A DNA stretch of 64,000 nucleotides, taken from positions 104,689-168,688 of the forward strand of contig NMRA01000548.1 in the NCBI GenBank assembly GCA_002633005.1, read 5' to 3'. Within the stretch, counting starts at the first letter, position 1. Each line of letters opens with the position of its first letter. Both the position numbers and the translations under genes were made by a program. Below the pieces are notes generated by a model that was given only the letters and a program-made list of their open reading frames with translations, had not been told where the DNA came from and did not search any database. This DNA comes from Phoronis australis (Eukaryota > Animalia > Phoronida). Shown here in pieces: positions 28,601-42,010 of the stretch.

Positions 28601-29698
28601 AAAATTTTGACAAAATGAGGTAAACTTTGACTCATCATTGACAATATGGGTAGAGGCGCCACAGTCAACCAACAAGTCGTCCGCCTCACTAGCAATAGAC
28701 TGGGTGGCATCAATCATGCTAACTTTGAAAACAAAAGAATGCGACTTACTCTCAGAGGTGTCACCACAGGTATTGTCTCCCTCCCGCTCACATTTTACAG
28801 TAGACTGACAATTATGACATGCATCATTACTACCAACATGATGTCTGGGATTGTCCCCAGGACCAGTGTCTGTTTGCGTCACCAACTTGGCACTGTCCTT
28901 GGTCTTGTTTGCCGTCATCCCTCTTCGGCACACCGCAGTTGAATGGGTAGAGGTTTTACAATTCTCGCACCACTTTTTGGGCTTCTTGCACTCTGACGCC
29001 TTGTGTCCCTTCGTACCACATATGTAACATGTACCTTGAAAGCCGCCTCTGTATGCCCCACCTGGATACGTCTGTTTAGGCCATTTGCTGTCAACTTTCC
29101 ATACGGTATGGGTACCGGACTCGTGGACCTTTTCAGTGTCCTCAAAATTTCGCAGGGCCACTTTAAATTCTGCAAAAGTGAGGGCGGTCTCCTTTTGCGT
29201 GACGACTGCCGTGAAGGGTTTGAATTGCGCCGATAGTCCCTTTAATACCAGGGCAACCAGAAGACTATCACTAATTGTCTCACCAGTCTCTTTTAAAGCC
29301 GCAGCAATATTCTCTGCCCTGATAATATAATCAGTAACCGACTCCGTCGAGTCCTTGCTTAGGGAGGTCAGTTCAGTATACAGCGTGATGATCCTCGGTT
29401 TCCCTTTAGGCTGGTAGTGTTCCTTTAAAATTTTGAAAGCTTTCCTTCCATCATCTATCGCGTCCCTCATAATCAGCGATAGGCTGCGATCATCTATGTA
29501 CTGAACTAGCTCCGCAAACGCTTCGGCATTTTTGTTGGCATCCACTGTCTTAGACTCAGAAGCTGTGATTATGTCGTACAGTTTCTGGAGTCTCATGTGT
29601 CCCAAGAAACGCACCTGCCATAAGTCAAATTTTCTTTCATCGCCGTCAAACAGTAAGCACTTCCTGGGCCCATAACCTGTTGATGATTGGTGAGACAT
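25618..29698 (-). pseudogene. copia gag-pol polyprotein, disrupted by two single-base frameshifts and one nonsense codon
   Basis: Zn knuckle CYICGTKGHKASEC, protease LVDCGASTH, integrase WHEILGH..CGPC / HFDLAGP / RSDQGGEF / QNGTVER, RT YKARFVAKGF / QMDVKSAYLN / LYGLKQSGRNW, RNase H FCDADWA / STCEAEY / ADLFTK. Lesions: extra base near 27990, missing base near 27662, TAG at 26563-26565. Confidence 0.95.
29663..29677 (-). promoter_or_regulatory. copia primer-binding site of the half-tRNA-iMet type
   Basis: Minus strand reads GGTTATGGGCCCAGG immediately after the 5' LTR, the PBS type known from Drosophila copia. Confidence 0.85.
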
Positions 29699-30001
29699 TG
29701 CGCACGAATTGGACTTAATGGTCAGGATGATATGCCGGTTAATAAAAGAACACCATGTTTCTGTACAAGAAACTATCTTTCAGACTGTTTTATTATATGA
29801 TCGCATTAATATATATACACAAGTAGCGTGCCCATATAAGGCAAGATATAGCAAAACTGCATTCCAAGACTATAGCATTCCAAGACTATAGCATTCCACT
29901 AATTATCTCTTATACAACTATTTCTTATGCAATTCTTATACAACAATCTCTTACGTAATTCTTATACAATTTCTTATGTAATTTATAATACATCATGGAC
30001 A
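29678..30001 (-). repeat. copia 5' LTR (324 bp)
   Basis: Direct repeat of 25131-25483 with 3 substitutions seen, one fewer 16-bp unit and a 13-bp deletion near the outer end. Confidence 0.95.
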
Positions 30002-30687
30002 GCCAGCGGTACAGCCCTTCTCCATGGTCTCCACCAATTGCGCGACACCCTCCTCCCCCGGTCGTCACCAGTTTTGTGCCGCGTCCCCCTCTCCCGGTTG
30101 CTACTGATTTTGTACTGCCCCCGGCCGATCGTCACTATTTTTGGGACAACTGTTCCCTAGTCGTCACCAATTTTTTGTAGCCCAGATGACTTTGGAGGTA
30201 ATTTTGACATTTTTGAGGACTGAGAACCGATAAGAGAACAATTGATCTGTGCCAAAAGTTTGATGGGGTATGCCAACACTGGCAAACATAGGATTCCGGA
30301 GAGGTCGCCATCAATTTTCAAAAGGCAAACCTTCATGATAGCCCGACGCATTTTTGAATGGTCATGATCGGTGCGAACCCACTTATCCTTCCTATGTATA
30401 CCAGGGCTGTGGGAGACGGATAGTACTCAACTATACGTTGCACTGGGGTGCTTGCGAAGTACGGTGAGGATCATCGAACCAAAATTATGGTATTTGAGTC
30501 GATCGGTTAAAGGACTAAACTGGTGTCGACGAAAATGTTGGTGACCCGAGACGCCTAATTAAGGGGCAGCAGACTTGTTGCATGGACAAATCTGTCCCTA
30601 CCTTCCTGCGGACAGGACACCGTTATTTTCCATTCCAGGTTACACAAAGTCGACAGTACATGTATACATGTATGTACATATTTATGC

Positions 30688-30909
30688 ATGTATGTATGTA
30701 TGTATGTATGTATGTATGTATGTATGTATGTATGTATGTATGTATTTGTACTCGCACACACACCCACACACGCCACACCACCACACACACACACACACAC
30801 GCAAATGAGGTAGTGAGTTGGAAGCTGTGCATCCATACCAAGGTAGCCAGTGTGTACCTTCTACAAGCACACGCACGCACGCATGCACGCACACACAGCA
30901 CACACACAC
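30688..30909. repeat. (TATG)n plus interrupted (CA)n microsatellites upstream of the gene B exon 2 acceptor
   Basis: Directly visible. Confidence 0.95.
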
Positions 30910-30948
30910 GGATAGCCGAAATTGTGAAGAATATGCTGTAATTCACAG

Positions 30949-31067
30949 ATTGTGCGGAGCGGTTCTACTTTGGCAGCCGAATTAGTGGTGTGTACAACAT
31001 CTCCAAAAGCGATGGCCAAGTGGTGTCAGTCTACTGTGACATGGAAACGGACGGAGGAGGATGGACG
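30949..31067 (+). CDS. PAN/Apple-FReD gene B, exon 2
   Basis: ttcacag|(D)CAERFYFGSRISGVYNISKSDGQVVSVYCDMETDGGGWT|GTTAGT; 119 nt as in gene A. Confidence 0.92.
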
Positions 31068-31664
31068 GTTAGTGCAATTTTCGAATATATTATTTCAGTT
31101 TAATCAGCGGAGTTTTTTGCTTCAGTCGAGCAATCGGGCTTTATTGTCCATTATGACGAAAATTTCGTTGGAAAGGAGGAGGTTGTGAAAGCAACACCAT
31201 TGTTTGAATTTTCAGCACGCCATTAAAATTTGAGGTCAATATCGTCTTCTTAAGTAGACGCCGGTAGCTACATGTATGAGGACCGTAAAATAGCAGCTGA
31301 ATTTATTGTTTACATAAAACTCAATTTTCTACCTTTTCGAACGAGCGTCCATCCTAATTAGTACTATGAAGGCACGAAGAACAAATGGCATTCAATGGAT
31401 GTTATTTATTCGTTATGTCCTCATCAATTAACACTATCTGTGAACCCAAAGCAGGTCCGTTTTTCTCAATTCTCGTTGGTCCCTCCCATTGTTTGGGTCT
31501 TTCCTTTACATCTCCATCCCATAAGCAATCCGAGTTTCATACCGAATAATAAAACCTGGCGATAAATCATCAAAATTGTTCTAATGAGAAATATGCCATT
31601 AATAAAACTGAAAATTTCTCAAAATCTTGTACAACCCTAAAGTACGGAATGTGACTAATTTCAG

Positions 31665-31761
31665 GTGTTTCAAAGACGACTGAACGGCTCTCAAGACTTT
31701 TACCTCTCCTGGAATGAGTACAAACAAGGATTCGGTTCAGCTTACCATGAATATTGGCTGG
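31665..31761 (+). CDS. PAN/Apple-FReD gene B, exon 3
   Basis: atttcag|[32 protein letters not shown](G)|GTATG; 97 nt. Confidence 0.93.
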
Positions 31762-31961
31762 GTATGTAATGGGGGAAAAGAAGTTAGCATTATTGTATAA
31801 ACATGCGTAGGTGTCATGGGCGGCGCAGCAATTGTGGGTGAATCAAAAACCCAGGAAACGTACCGTTGTTTTCTTTATAGTGCTATATCGCGTGGAAAAT
31901 TACAATAGCACATGAACACATGATGATATTTTGATGGTGTGGTGGGATGGCGGGGAAAATT

Positions 31962-33167
31962 AAACAAGAGCACGAATGCATTGCAAATGGTGTGCTTTTA
32001 GGGTTATTTATTTGTATCGTAAAAATGGCCACTAGATGACGCAAAAACATACAACCCATCCAAAAACAGGAACATGTCATATTTCATAAAAATCAGAGAA
32101 ACGAAGGGAAACAGAATAAAATGAAATTGCCACTAGTGGGCAGATTGTTCGTTGGATCCGCCTGAAAGTCGTCGTCGTCTGGGGTTTAGGAGATACAACT
32201 ACGAGCGCAAAACAAACCTACCACTAGGAGGCGCCACAGTAGTCAGTCACCGTAATCAAAGGTCGTCTTCACACTGAGAACGTATATGTCAATTTTCAAA
32301 TGATTTGGTTGATACAGGGGTGGACACCAAAAACAAGATTTGAAAACAGCAAAAATGGCCACTAGGTGGTGCAAAATACCTCAATTCCATCCAAAAACAG
32401 GAAGATAGCGTCATCACACCAATAGATGCCTATATTTAAAATTTTATGAAAAGCTGTTGAGGACCTTTGAAGATACTGAGTTAAACGTAAAAAACTAAAA
32501 TTGCCACTAGGGGGCACAGCAGTAGTCAGATCTGTCCGAAAGTCGTCGTCATCCGTAGTCAACATCATATAAATACACTTGCTAAATTAAGTAAAGATCC
32601 TGCGAAGGGTTTAGGAGATACATACATAGGCGCAACAAAAACAAAACTGCCACTTGGAGGCGCCACAGTAGTCGAAATCGTCAGAAAATCATCGTCAACC
32701 GTCCTCTTCATAGTAAGCACATACATGCCAATTTTCACAATCATCCTTTGAGCGGTTTGGTTGATAGAGGGGTGGACGCAAAAATTCGAAAACAGTAAAA
32801 ATGGCCACTAGGCGGTGCAAACTACTTCGAATCCATCCGAAAACGGGAGGATAGCGTCACCTCACTAATAAGTGCCTACATACCAAATTTCATGAAAATC
32901 CGTTCAGGACTTTTGAAGATACAAAGGTAAGCGTAAAAAACTAAAATTGCCACTAGGGGGCACACCGGTAGTCGGATCCGTCCGAAAGTTCGCTCATGCC
33001 GTCAGGAATGAAATAAATATGCCAAATTTCATGAACGTATGTCAAAGGGTTTTGGAGATAGAGCAGCGGACGTCGGACGCCGGACGGACGCCGCCCGGAC
33101 GGACGGACGGACGGACGGACGATGACGGCATAATGGGTCCTCATATAAATATGTGGGCGCATAAAAA
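31962..33167. mobile_element. Non-autonomous Helentron/HINE (DINE-1-like) element with internal tandem units
   Basis: Starts AAACAAGAG; has recurring AAAATGGCCACTAG and AAATTGCCACTAGG units and a (GGAC)n microsatellite at about 33095-33120; ends with a short hairpin plus ATAAAAA. Confidence 0.6.
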
Positions 33168-33802
33168 TGGAATAGTCGGCCAAGAGCGGGATGATTGGCA
33201 AGTACAATGTACGCTGTCAACAACACAAAGTATTGGTCTGATTTTTTTCATTTTTTAAATTTTATTTCTCGGGTATTATAGGTAAATATTGCAGATAACA
33301 TTCACTGACCAGAAATTGAATTCACAAAAAACTTAAACATTCATTGCACAAATAAATTATTATAGAAACAAATGAGAGTTTGGTTTGCCAAATATTAAAG
33401 TGAACTTGATCGTTGAGCAACAATGCAGGCCCGTAGCTAGCATTGCGCAAGGGGTGGTTCGAATTTCTGGAACGGTGGACCATTGATATTTTGCAAAGAT
33501 CTACTCGGTATAGTTTCAGTAGGGCCCCTTACGCAGCTTAATTAGAGGGAAGGGAAATCCGTATACACAACGGTGACTCAGCTTTATATTCCTGTGATGA
33601 GACGGAAATGAGGATGCATCAACAGTTGCTAAATAATGGGACTCAAATTCGGCATGTCCAGAAGGAGAAAGTTCTCGCGTTACCTTTCGCCAAACTTTCA
33701 AATCAGGCGTGCTTAAACACATACTCGTCTGAGAATGACTTGAGATTTTTATCTGGTTGTATTTTTGCGTGTTACTTACATCGCTGGAAAAAGGATCAGC
33801 CC

Positions 33803-35195
33803 TCTATTCTGAAGGTTCACTACTCCAAAGGTCCACTACTCCGAAAATATCTAAACTTTCGAACACAGTTTTAATTTTTATACTTTTGCATGCAAAAGTA
33901 AACGTTACTTCGGTTATTAGATGCGCTGAGTGGTGTACCTATACCGAAAACAACGTCCGGGTACTATTGATTTCATGCGCATACGAAATTATCAGCATGT
34001 TTTTTTAATACGAAAAACAAAGTAGCTCTTGCATTTTTAAAAGGATGCCAAACCCGGATATGGCCTATTGACAGATTCTAAAAAATTACTTTCCCATCCA
34101 GTTCTCTGAAACAAAATAATACTATGTAACCATTGACAACCTTCAAAAGTTTGCTGAAATTTTTGAAAACTTTCAAAGTTTGCTAAACGAAAGAGCGAAG
34201 AAAGCTTTTTGCGACTTACACGGCAACTGTGGGAAAAGTCCACCCACCAAGGACTATATTGTCCAAAGTTTGACATGGGGTGTATGAATTTTCAATTGAT
34301 TCCTTCCTTAAAAAGGATTCTGAACCATATTTTGGTGATTTCAACCAAGCCTCGTTCTCTCATTTGCTGATGCATCATTGGTGTCAATCTTAAAAGGTAA
34401 AGCATGAATCAACTAAAAATACGTATCTGCTACCTCACGATTTGGACACTATGGTCCTTGGTGGGTGGTGTTCTCCCACAGATGTCGCTTAACTCGCTAA
34501 AAGTGTAGGTCACGCTTGGCTCTTTAGCAGAATTTGCAAGGAGTTTTCTAATTTTCCTCAAAATTTTAGAGGGTTGTCGAGCCGTTTAAAAGCATTATTT
34601 TGTTTCAGAGAACTGGATGGAAAAATCGTTTGTAGTATCTGTTAATTGGACAAAACCGGGTTTGGTATATTTTTAACTTAGAAGATTAACGCCAGTGATG
34701 CATTAGCAGGTGACAGACGAGGATTATTGGAAATCATCACAGGGTTATCCTTTTAAAAGAATGCGAAGTAAGGACATTGATGAGTTATTACGTCATCCGA
34801 CGGAACCGCGCTCACGGCCGGTCGAAACTAAATATATAGTTAGAAGGTTATCCTGTCCCTGCCAGTCTTCACAAAGTCAGAGAATCCCATTCAGTTTTTT
34901 TAAATTTAATTTAAAACCGCCGTTGGTCGCCACAGCCCTGACCAGTGCCCCAGATGTTGTTCCTACTTGAGAATGAGTCGTTAGTTAGGTTCAAGAATCA
35001 TATTTGACAGTAATTGGAACTGGGCTCATTTGTAAACAATGTAATCAATGTTTTAAGAACTATTCAACTCTTGCATACCTTTTAAGTGGTTATTAAATGG
35101 ACACAAATACAATATTTCATTCATGTCAGTTCCGACTCAATAGCAGACAGTCCGAGTAGTGAACCTTCGGAGTAGTGAACCTTCGGAATAGTAAC
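33803..35195. mobile_element. Nested foldback elements: outer ends with inverted TTCGGAGTAGTGAACC repeats, inner TTAA-flanked foldback MITE 34037-34676
   Basis: 33803-33843 is inverted relative to 35152-35193. Inner arms CCATCCAGTTCTCTGAAACAAAATAAT / ATTATTTTGTTTCAGAGAACTGGATGG and CACCCACCAAGGAC / GTCCTTGGTGGGTG. Confidence 0.7.
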
Positions 35196-37482
35196 AACTT
35201 GGAAAACTTTTCCATCGAGTTTGATGCTCGTATAAAGTCTGCGAGGCTGTGCACCATTGCCAATGATTGACAAGGGAACACTTTCTTCATTGACCAAAGT
35301 TGTATTAGGTCTAGACCTGCTTTTCCCTAATAATGTGAACATGCTCGTTTCCTAAGTGCAAGAACACATGGTAGTAAAATGACTCTGATTTTTGTTTGAG
35401 CAACGACAAAGGACTGCCTATACATGTAGTGCACTCACCGTCGGCCTGTACTGGATTTAAAAGAATGAAAACGCACACACGTGTACACGCGCATGCATGT
35501 CAAGCCACCAATCCACAATCAAAATGGACACTGGATGAACAACAATGCAGTGGTGAATTTCGAGGGGTGCAAGGGGACCATGGCCCCGTTAAAATTCTCA
35601 CAGATTTCATTTGGTAGTTCGTTAGTGCGAATATCTGACCTGCAAAATCTTGGCTAATACTCTGCTCTGCTGGCACTCCTAACTCAAAATCCTGAATCCG
35701 CCCCTGCAATCATTTGACGATCACCTCCAATTCGAAATTTGAAATGCCTGCACCTTACCATACTAAGCTAGCAAGTATACTAAAATAGCAGATAACAATC
35801 GCATTTTCTGTTGTTTTGTTTCTTGGTCGATTTTAAGACATTCACGCCACACTACTTTATGAGAGCTCTTTCGCTGCTAGAAATAGACATTTTCTTCTAG
35901 ACTCCCTTGTTACCTAATGGGTAACAAGGGAGCCAAATGCGAACATGTGACTTTGACTAGGATTTAGCAAGGTCCTAGCGTAGGTCCTAGCGTCTACTGA
36001 ACGCACGCCACCTTTGCGCCAAGACTACCCTTAGGCCAAACTGGTCGCTGTCCACAAACACAAAAAACACGAAAATTGAACAAAGTTTCTTTTTTGTAGC
36101 AACGTTTGTCGAAATGTATCAACGTTAAATCTTCACAAATTACAAAGTAGCCGATTGAACATGCCTTTCAGTTCAGCAAAAGGCGACATTGTAGGTGCCG
36201 CCAGAAATGAGACGAAGTCCAACGGGAATTGTGAGCACATTTATCTCTTAATGAGTAACAACTGCGAGGCTGAAATTTGGTGACCACTGTTGAATCGTGC
36301 AGAATAGTAAGTAAAGATATGTCTAACTAAATTTCACCATAATTTGTTGGCGAAAACAATTTACACAAAGTTTTAAACTCGTAACTTATCCCGCTGTCCT
36401 CCAATATGGCCGACGCGATCCAAACAAAGTGACCCAAATTTCACCACAAAACTTGTAATAACTTTACACTGCTTGCCCCGATTTTGATACTTTTTCGATT
36501 TTTACTGAGTAGAATGTACTACCTTTCCGATGATAGGAAAGTACTTTTTCAAAACGAGGAAAAAAATAAAATCGAAAAAAATTGGTTCGACCCATATTGG
36601 TTCCTAGGTTCGACCCGCCTACCTAAGGAACTAAACACCAATGCTATTTTATCATACATGTACTAAGTACGCGTAACATTCCAAAAAAATCAACGACCAC
36701 TAACTACAAACTATAAATACACTACATATGTAAACGAATCACGATATATTACTAATAAAACAAAATAATGAAGACTTTTCGAGCAAGCCATAGCACATTC
36801 AGTTACAAGGAAAAAATGGCGGCGTTCAGGACAAGTTCCTGAACTGATGAGCCGGAAATTTGGGTACAGAAATAACCGATGACAACCGGTAATCATACGC
36901 TCAGAGAGAAGGGTCAAATACTGTTAAAAAATCGCTTTTGGCAAGAAAGGCGAAAAGAATATAAAGAAAGGGTGTCGAAAATAAGAATTTATGTAGTAAG
37001 TATTTTCGGATACTAGAACCACATGGGCAGTTTGCAACAAGGACTTTAAATAATTACTTTACGCCTCTAAGAAGAATTGACTTACGCACGTAATTTAGGG
37101 GCGTAACGTTCACCCATCTGGCCAACGATAATATCGACGATAATGGTGTAGCACTGAACCACGCATGCTCAATGCCAATGAATAACGTAAAGCCTCCTCT
37201 AATCGTCTGCACGATCCTGCCATATGCGCAAACACCGCTCGGGCGAAGTTGGACCCTGGGGCCGGGTAGGGCTCGATGATTACGCGAAGCGCCTTGAATC
37301 AGAAGCAAATTCTTCTAACTTAGTTATTATTGCAGTTAGTACTACCAGTAGCTGCAACAAATGTTGTTGTTGTTGTCCATCTATATCCTGTCTTTAACGG
37401 ATGGGCTGGGGCTGGACCTTTTCCGCGGGACCCCCCCCCCTGGTTACGGGCGAATAATCAGCCAAGGCTTGTTAAACGACAG

Positions 37483-37484
<2 letters not shown>

Positions 37485-37534
<50 letters not shown>

Positions 37535-37548
37535 ACACACATATATAT
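37485..37548. repeat. (CA)n/(TA)n microsatellite
   Basis: Directly visible. Confidence 0.97.
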
Positions 37549-38544
37549 TACTTCGTATCACAAAGTTTGGTGAGTCGATTCATTGTCAGTAACATCGCTG
37601 TTTATGCTTGTCCGAGTTTCTTGTAAGCAATATCGATCACTCTCTCTCCACTCGCCGTCGTCGACGTACATTTTGAAAAGCCATCAAGCATATTTGATCT
37701 AAAAGTCATACGTAAGAATGACGTAACCATAGATTGGGAAATGTTAAGGCAATTTTCGTGTGACTCTATCTATTCAAACGGTGAATTAGACCAATTCCCT
37801 GAGGCGAGCACACTAGCAATTAAAACGAGCTAATTCCTATTTTCTTTATGCCATGTACATGTAGGAGACGTCCATAACACACGATTTGCGGTGCACGCCA
37901 TTTTTCTCAGTCAGTTTTATTGTTCCCGGCCCACCAGTACTGATGCTGCATTCCTCTAGTTGGTATTTCCGACGAAGGTTGAGCCCATCGCTCGGTTGAA
38001 GCCTATAGGTCAGGTAACTAATACAGCGAATTTGATGAGATCTTGTTCCCGGATCCTAGATATGCCATGTTGACAATAGCCTTATAGAAAAACAAATCAT
38101 GAATAACTCATTTATTTAGCTCTAAACCGGATCTGTCCACGTATCGAATTTCTGAGAAGGATTCGAAAGATGACAGAGCGTTAGTCGCGGAGATTTTGAG
38201 TTTTATGCGTCTATATCGAATACCAGTGTTTCATTGTGCACAACCGAAAGACACTCAAGAACGAAACTCCGGTGGCGAAAACCGACGACATGTTCATTGA
38301 CCGGCTAATATTTTGTTAAGCTAATATTTGCCGACATAAAATTCATTTGGCTTATACTGCCTGTATTGTACATATTTGATGCTGCGGGGTCTGAGGACTT
38401 CGTTTTTTTCTCGTCAGTGTTCAACGAAACTGGCTACCGAAGCTCAGCGACCCCGCCGTCAGGTGGCGAAAAAGGCGGGCACTGAACAATCGTCCCCGAT
38501 CCGCGTGCAACATGTACGATGACAAGACCAACTACAAACTGCGA

Positions 38545-40900
38545 AATTCTCATATCAAAATTTTTATATTGTCACATTTTTTTCGAATGTGATCTACTGT
38601 CTCAGTTTGTGACTGGCAAAAAGTACATACATTAGAGTACACAAGTTGCAAGTATCCTATGTAATATTTTAAACTGCAGTGTAACTTGAAATCGAAAGTA
38701 GTTTTAAAGGACAATAAATATAAATTTTTCCAGACATCACTTTCAAAGTTATAAACATATTCTTGAAATCTTTTTGGGCAATAGACAAAACATTTGTTTT
38801 GGCAAATCATTTCATATACCATTTTACATATTGTAGTGCAGTTTAAAAAATATGGATATTAAAAGTATTATTGGTCCGTATATCTTAATTAACTGCATTT
38901 GTAATGGTGTTCTCAGAAACGACCTAATAGACTCAATCAGAGAACAACATTCCAAAAAGTGTAAAGACATATCCGAGATCTTTTTAAATTCCTAATGAGT
39001 AAAACTTATTGTTTTCATCAATTAGGTCATTAGTAAAAGGGACACCGCCATATTTGCTAAAGAAGATTTTTCTGTCTTAAATTGTATTTCATCATTATGT
39101 CATAACTTGTTGATAGTAAATCATTCGCGTCTTTATTGGGTTACTAATGAAGAAGGACCATTTACTCACTTCGTTCCAAAAAAAGATTGGCAGCATCAGT
39201 ATGATTTTTATGTAATCACTTCCAAAATTTACAATATTTGACTTTGCAATACCCGTTTCAAGTTCAAACAATTTCACCCGTTTTTATTCAGAGGGCAGTG
39301 ATCTTTTTATCTATGAAATTTCTATAGCCTTGTTAAAAAGTTATATTCATCATCTTCACTCCCCTCATCAGTTTTTTAAAAACTTTAAAATTAATACAAC
39401 TGTCTTCACTCTCTCAACTTTGTTACTCCAAAAATACTTAAAATGTTTGCTTTCAATTCATTCATAATAATATCTGATGAAGTAGGCAGAATTGTCATTA
39501 AGTGGATAATTTTTGGCACAACCAAGGTCTTTACCACCGTAACTTTCCCAAAAAGATGTTTCTTCTAGGCCAAATTTTTATAAAATTATTGATTCCATCA
39601 ATGCTCGCAATGTAGTTTTTTTTAAGTTAACACTGAAATTGATTCTTAAATTCTGTTATGCTCCATTATAACTTTCATCTTGCATGATGGAAACATATTT
39701 ACAAATTTTTTTACTGCCCATCCAAATAACAATTGTTTTGTAACAATTTACTCTCAACCTAGACATTTCTGCATATTTACTCAGCACTAACATAATATCT
39801 TCCAAACTACGCCGAGAACTATCTAAGAAAAAAAGTTTTGCCATCAGCATACTGAGTATAAATTCATAGTTTCCTATTTGAATGCATTTAAATTTACTGT
39901 CTTCTTTCGCCATCGTAGCTAATATTTCAGCACATAAAAATAAAACATTTGGAGAAAGAGGATCACCCTGTATACAGCCCCTCTGCAGCTTAAAACTTCT
40001 GGACAGAAAACGGTTTTGGATATGTATGACACCGGACAATTATAACAAATTTTAATCCAACTCTTAATTGGGTCCTTGAAATTAAAGCTATCCAAAACAT
40101 TAATTATGAAGTTCCATGACAAGCTTTTTCAAAATCTATTTATAACAACAGCTATGATATACCATTTTCACAGAAATTCATAATATTATAAGTCAGTCTT
40201 ATGTTTTCATACATATACATCTCCATTTTATAAATCCCGTCCGAAGCGGCAAAATTTTAAATCCAAGTACCTTTTTCATTCCCCCTGCAATACATCCGGA
40301 TGCCAACTTGTAAACACTGTTGAGCAATGTTATTGGTCTCCAGGTTTTTATGAATTTTTTTACCTTACCTGGCTTTGTAATTAAAGTTACCACCCCTGTT
40401 TTTGCGTATTTCTCAGTTTGATTTTTCATTCCTTACATTCACATGTCTTAATACAAATAGTCTAAACCTTTCCAGAAAAACTTGAAAATTTCGTTTATGA
40501 AACCATCTTTTTCAAATTTTATGTGTGCAGGTACTGACTGTTATCAGCATAAAGTTTTTCGTAAAAAATCTGCAATTATTTTCCCACTTCTCAATTCTCT
40601 TTAATACATAAGTTCGCTGTATAAAAGTGTCTCGATTCTAAACTAACAAAATATTTTGTTGGGCGTTCCCTCTCCTCCATCCATTTTGCCCTGGATCTGA
40701 CGTAATACCCTTTTAATTTCTCTGACCTTATCTCTAAAAGAGCACTCCTTTTTTCTAGATCTTCAAATTTCTATCACCAACACATTATTCTAAATTCTCT
40801 ATTTCTTTTTCTAATTTATTCTTTTGCCTATCTAATTTTTCTTTCTTTGAATTGAGAAAAAAAGGGTCTTTTTTATTCACATTGATTGCGCATCTAAAAA
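38545..40900 (-). mobile_element. Degenerate L1/Tx1-like LINE ORF2 in intron 3 of gene B
   Basis: Fragments RSRAKWMEEG..PTKYF, WRPITLLNSVYKL, RGCIQGDPLSP..LCAEILA and CTFCQSQTETVDH in several frames with many stops. Confidence 0.85.
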
Positions 40901-40959
40901 CAGTTCATTTATAATAAACTGAGTCTCATTGTTGTGTCTTGCTTTCTATCATTAGTTAT

Positions 40960-42010
40960 CGTGTCTTGAACGGTGTCCTCAGTTTTTTTTCCATTTTTAC
41001 ATAAGGTACGCAACTGCGAGTTATTAACTTCCTGTTGTATGCAAAAAGTGTTTGTACTTAAAAGTCTGTGCGTCAATAGACTTTGAAACCACTTTGAATT
41101 CGTGTCAAACGTAAAGTCTTCAACCAAAAGTAAGTTTTTGTCCACCATTGATGAGATAATTACACATTTAACAACACTCCCCATTTTGTTTCAAAATTTG
41201 TTTTTTATATAACTGGTAAACTACAAAAAATCATTGATAAAGGTATTTGGCTTTTTGCAAAACAAAATGTCAGAAAAATTTGATTGTGAAATATTAGGTA
41301 AAATAACTTGAAGGGCATTATCTTTCAAATACGTTTGTAAAATTCTCCTTAGATCAAGGTATTCGGTGAAGGGTGGAGAAAAATCGTGCACTTTGCAAAA
41401 AGTTCCGTAATTTCCCACTCGAGTCTAGAAAGTCGTAAATGAATTTGATACTTTTCTCATACCACTTTCTGTTATACAAATATCTTACCTTCCAAAATAG
41501 TAGAGCGGTACCACAAAGATTCGTAGGCAATGTTTTCACTTTTTATAGGAAACTTACTTCTTAATTTGAGAGGACATCTCTTTCTAGAACACTTTTGAAA
41601 CATTATTGACCAGACCTCACTGAAAACGTTGCCAAAGCACAAGTAGTTAGATAGGTTTTTAAAGGTCATTTTCGGACAAAATGTCTATCAACAGCTCGTC
41701 ACTAGATACGTTTATTTTGCGAAACTGTGAATCATCATACAGCCCCCACGCGGGAAATTTTGAATTAGTGTAGCCCGAATAATATTATCGTTTTTGTGGT
41801 CCCATATGAAATTAAAAAATAATTTTTCTAATCGTTCAATTGTGTCCTGTAATGGGGAGGGTAATGCAATAAATAAGTGAACTAGTTTCGAAATCATTAG
41901 TGATTTAATCTCGGTTATTTTACCCAAGGGAGTTAAAAATCTTTTGGACCACGTGCTGAGAGCACCTTCAATTTCATTCTTTTTTCTTCATAGTTTAATG
42001 CAACAATTTC
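40960..42010 (-). mobile_element. Second degenerate L1/Tx1-like LINE 3' fragment
   Basis: GKITEIKSLMISKLVHLFIALPSP..LFFNFIW, SKWFQSLLTHRLLSTN; homologous to part of the adjacent copy. Confidence 0.75.

Larger units (their letters stand above)
25131..30001 (-). mobile_element. Full-length Ty1/copia LTR retrotransposon in intron 1 of gene B (antisense)
   Basis: TG...CA LTRs at 25131-25483 and 29678-30001; 5-bp TSD GCCAG (25126-25130, 30002-30006); PBS GGTTATGGGCCCAG; PPT AAGTGGGGG; domain order gag-PR-IN-RT-RH. Confidence 0.97.
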
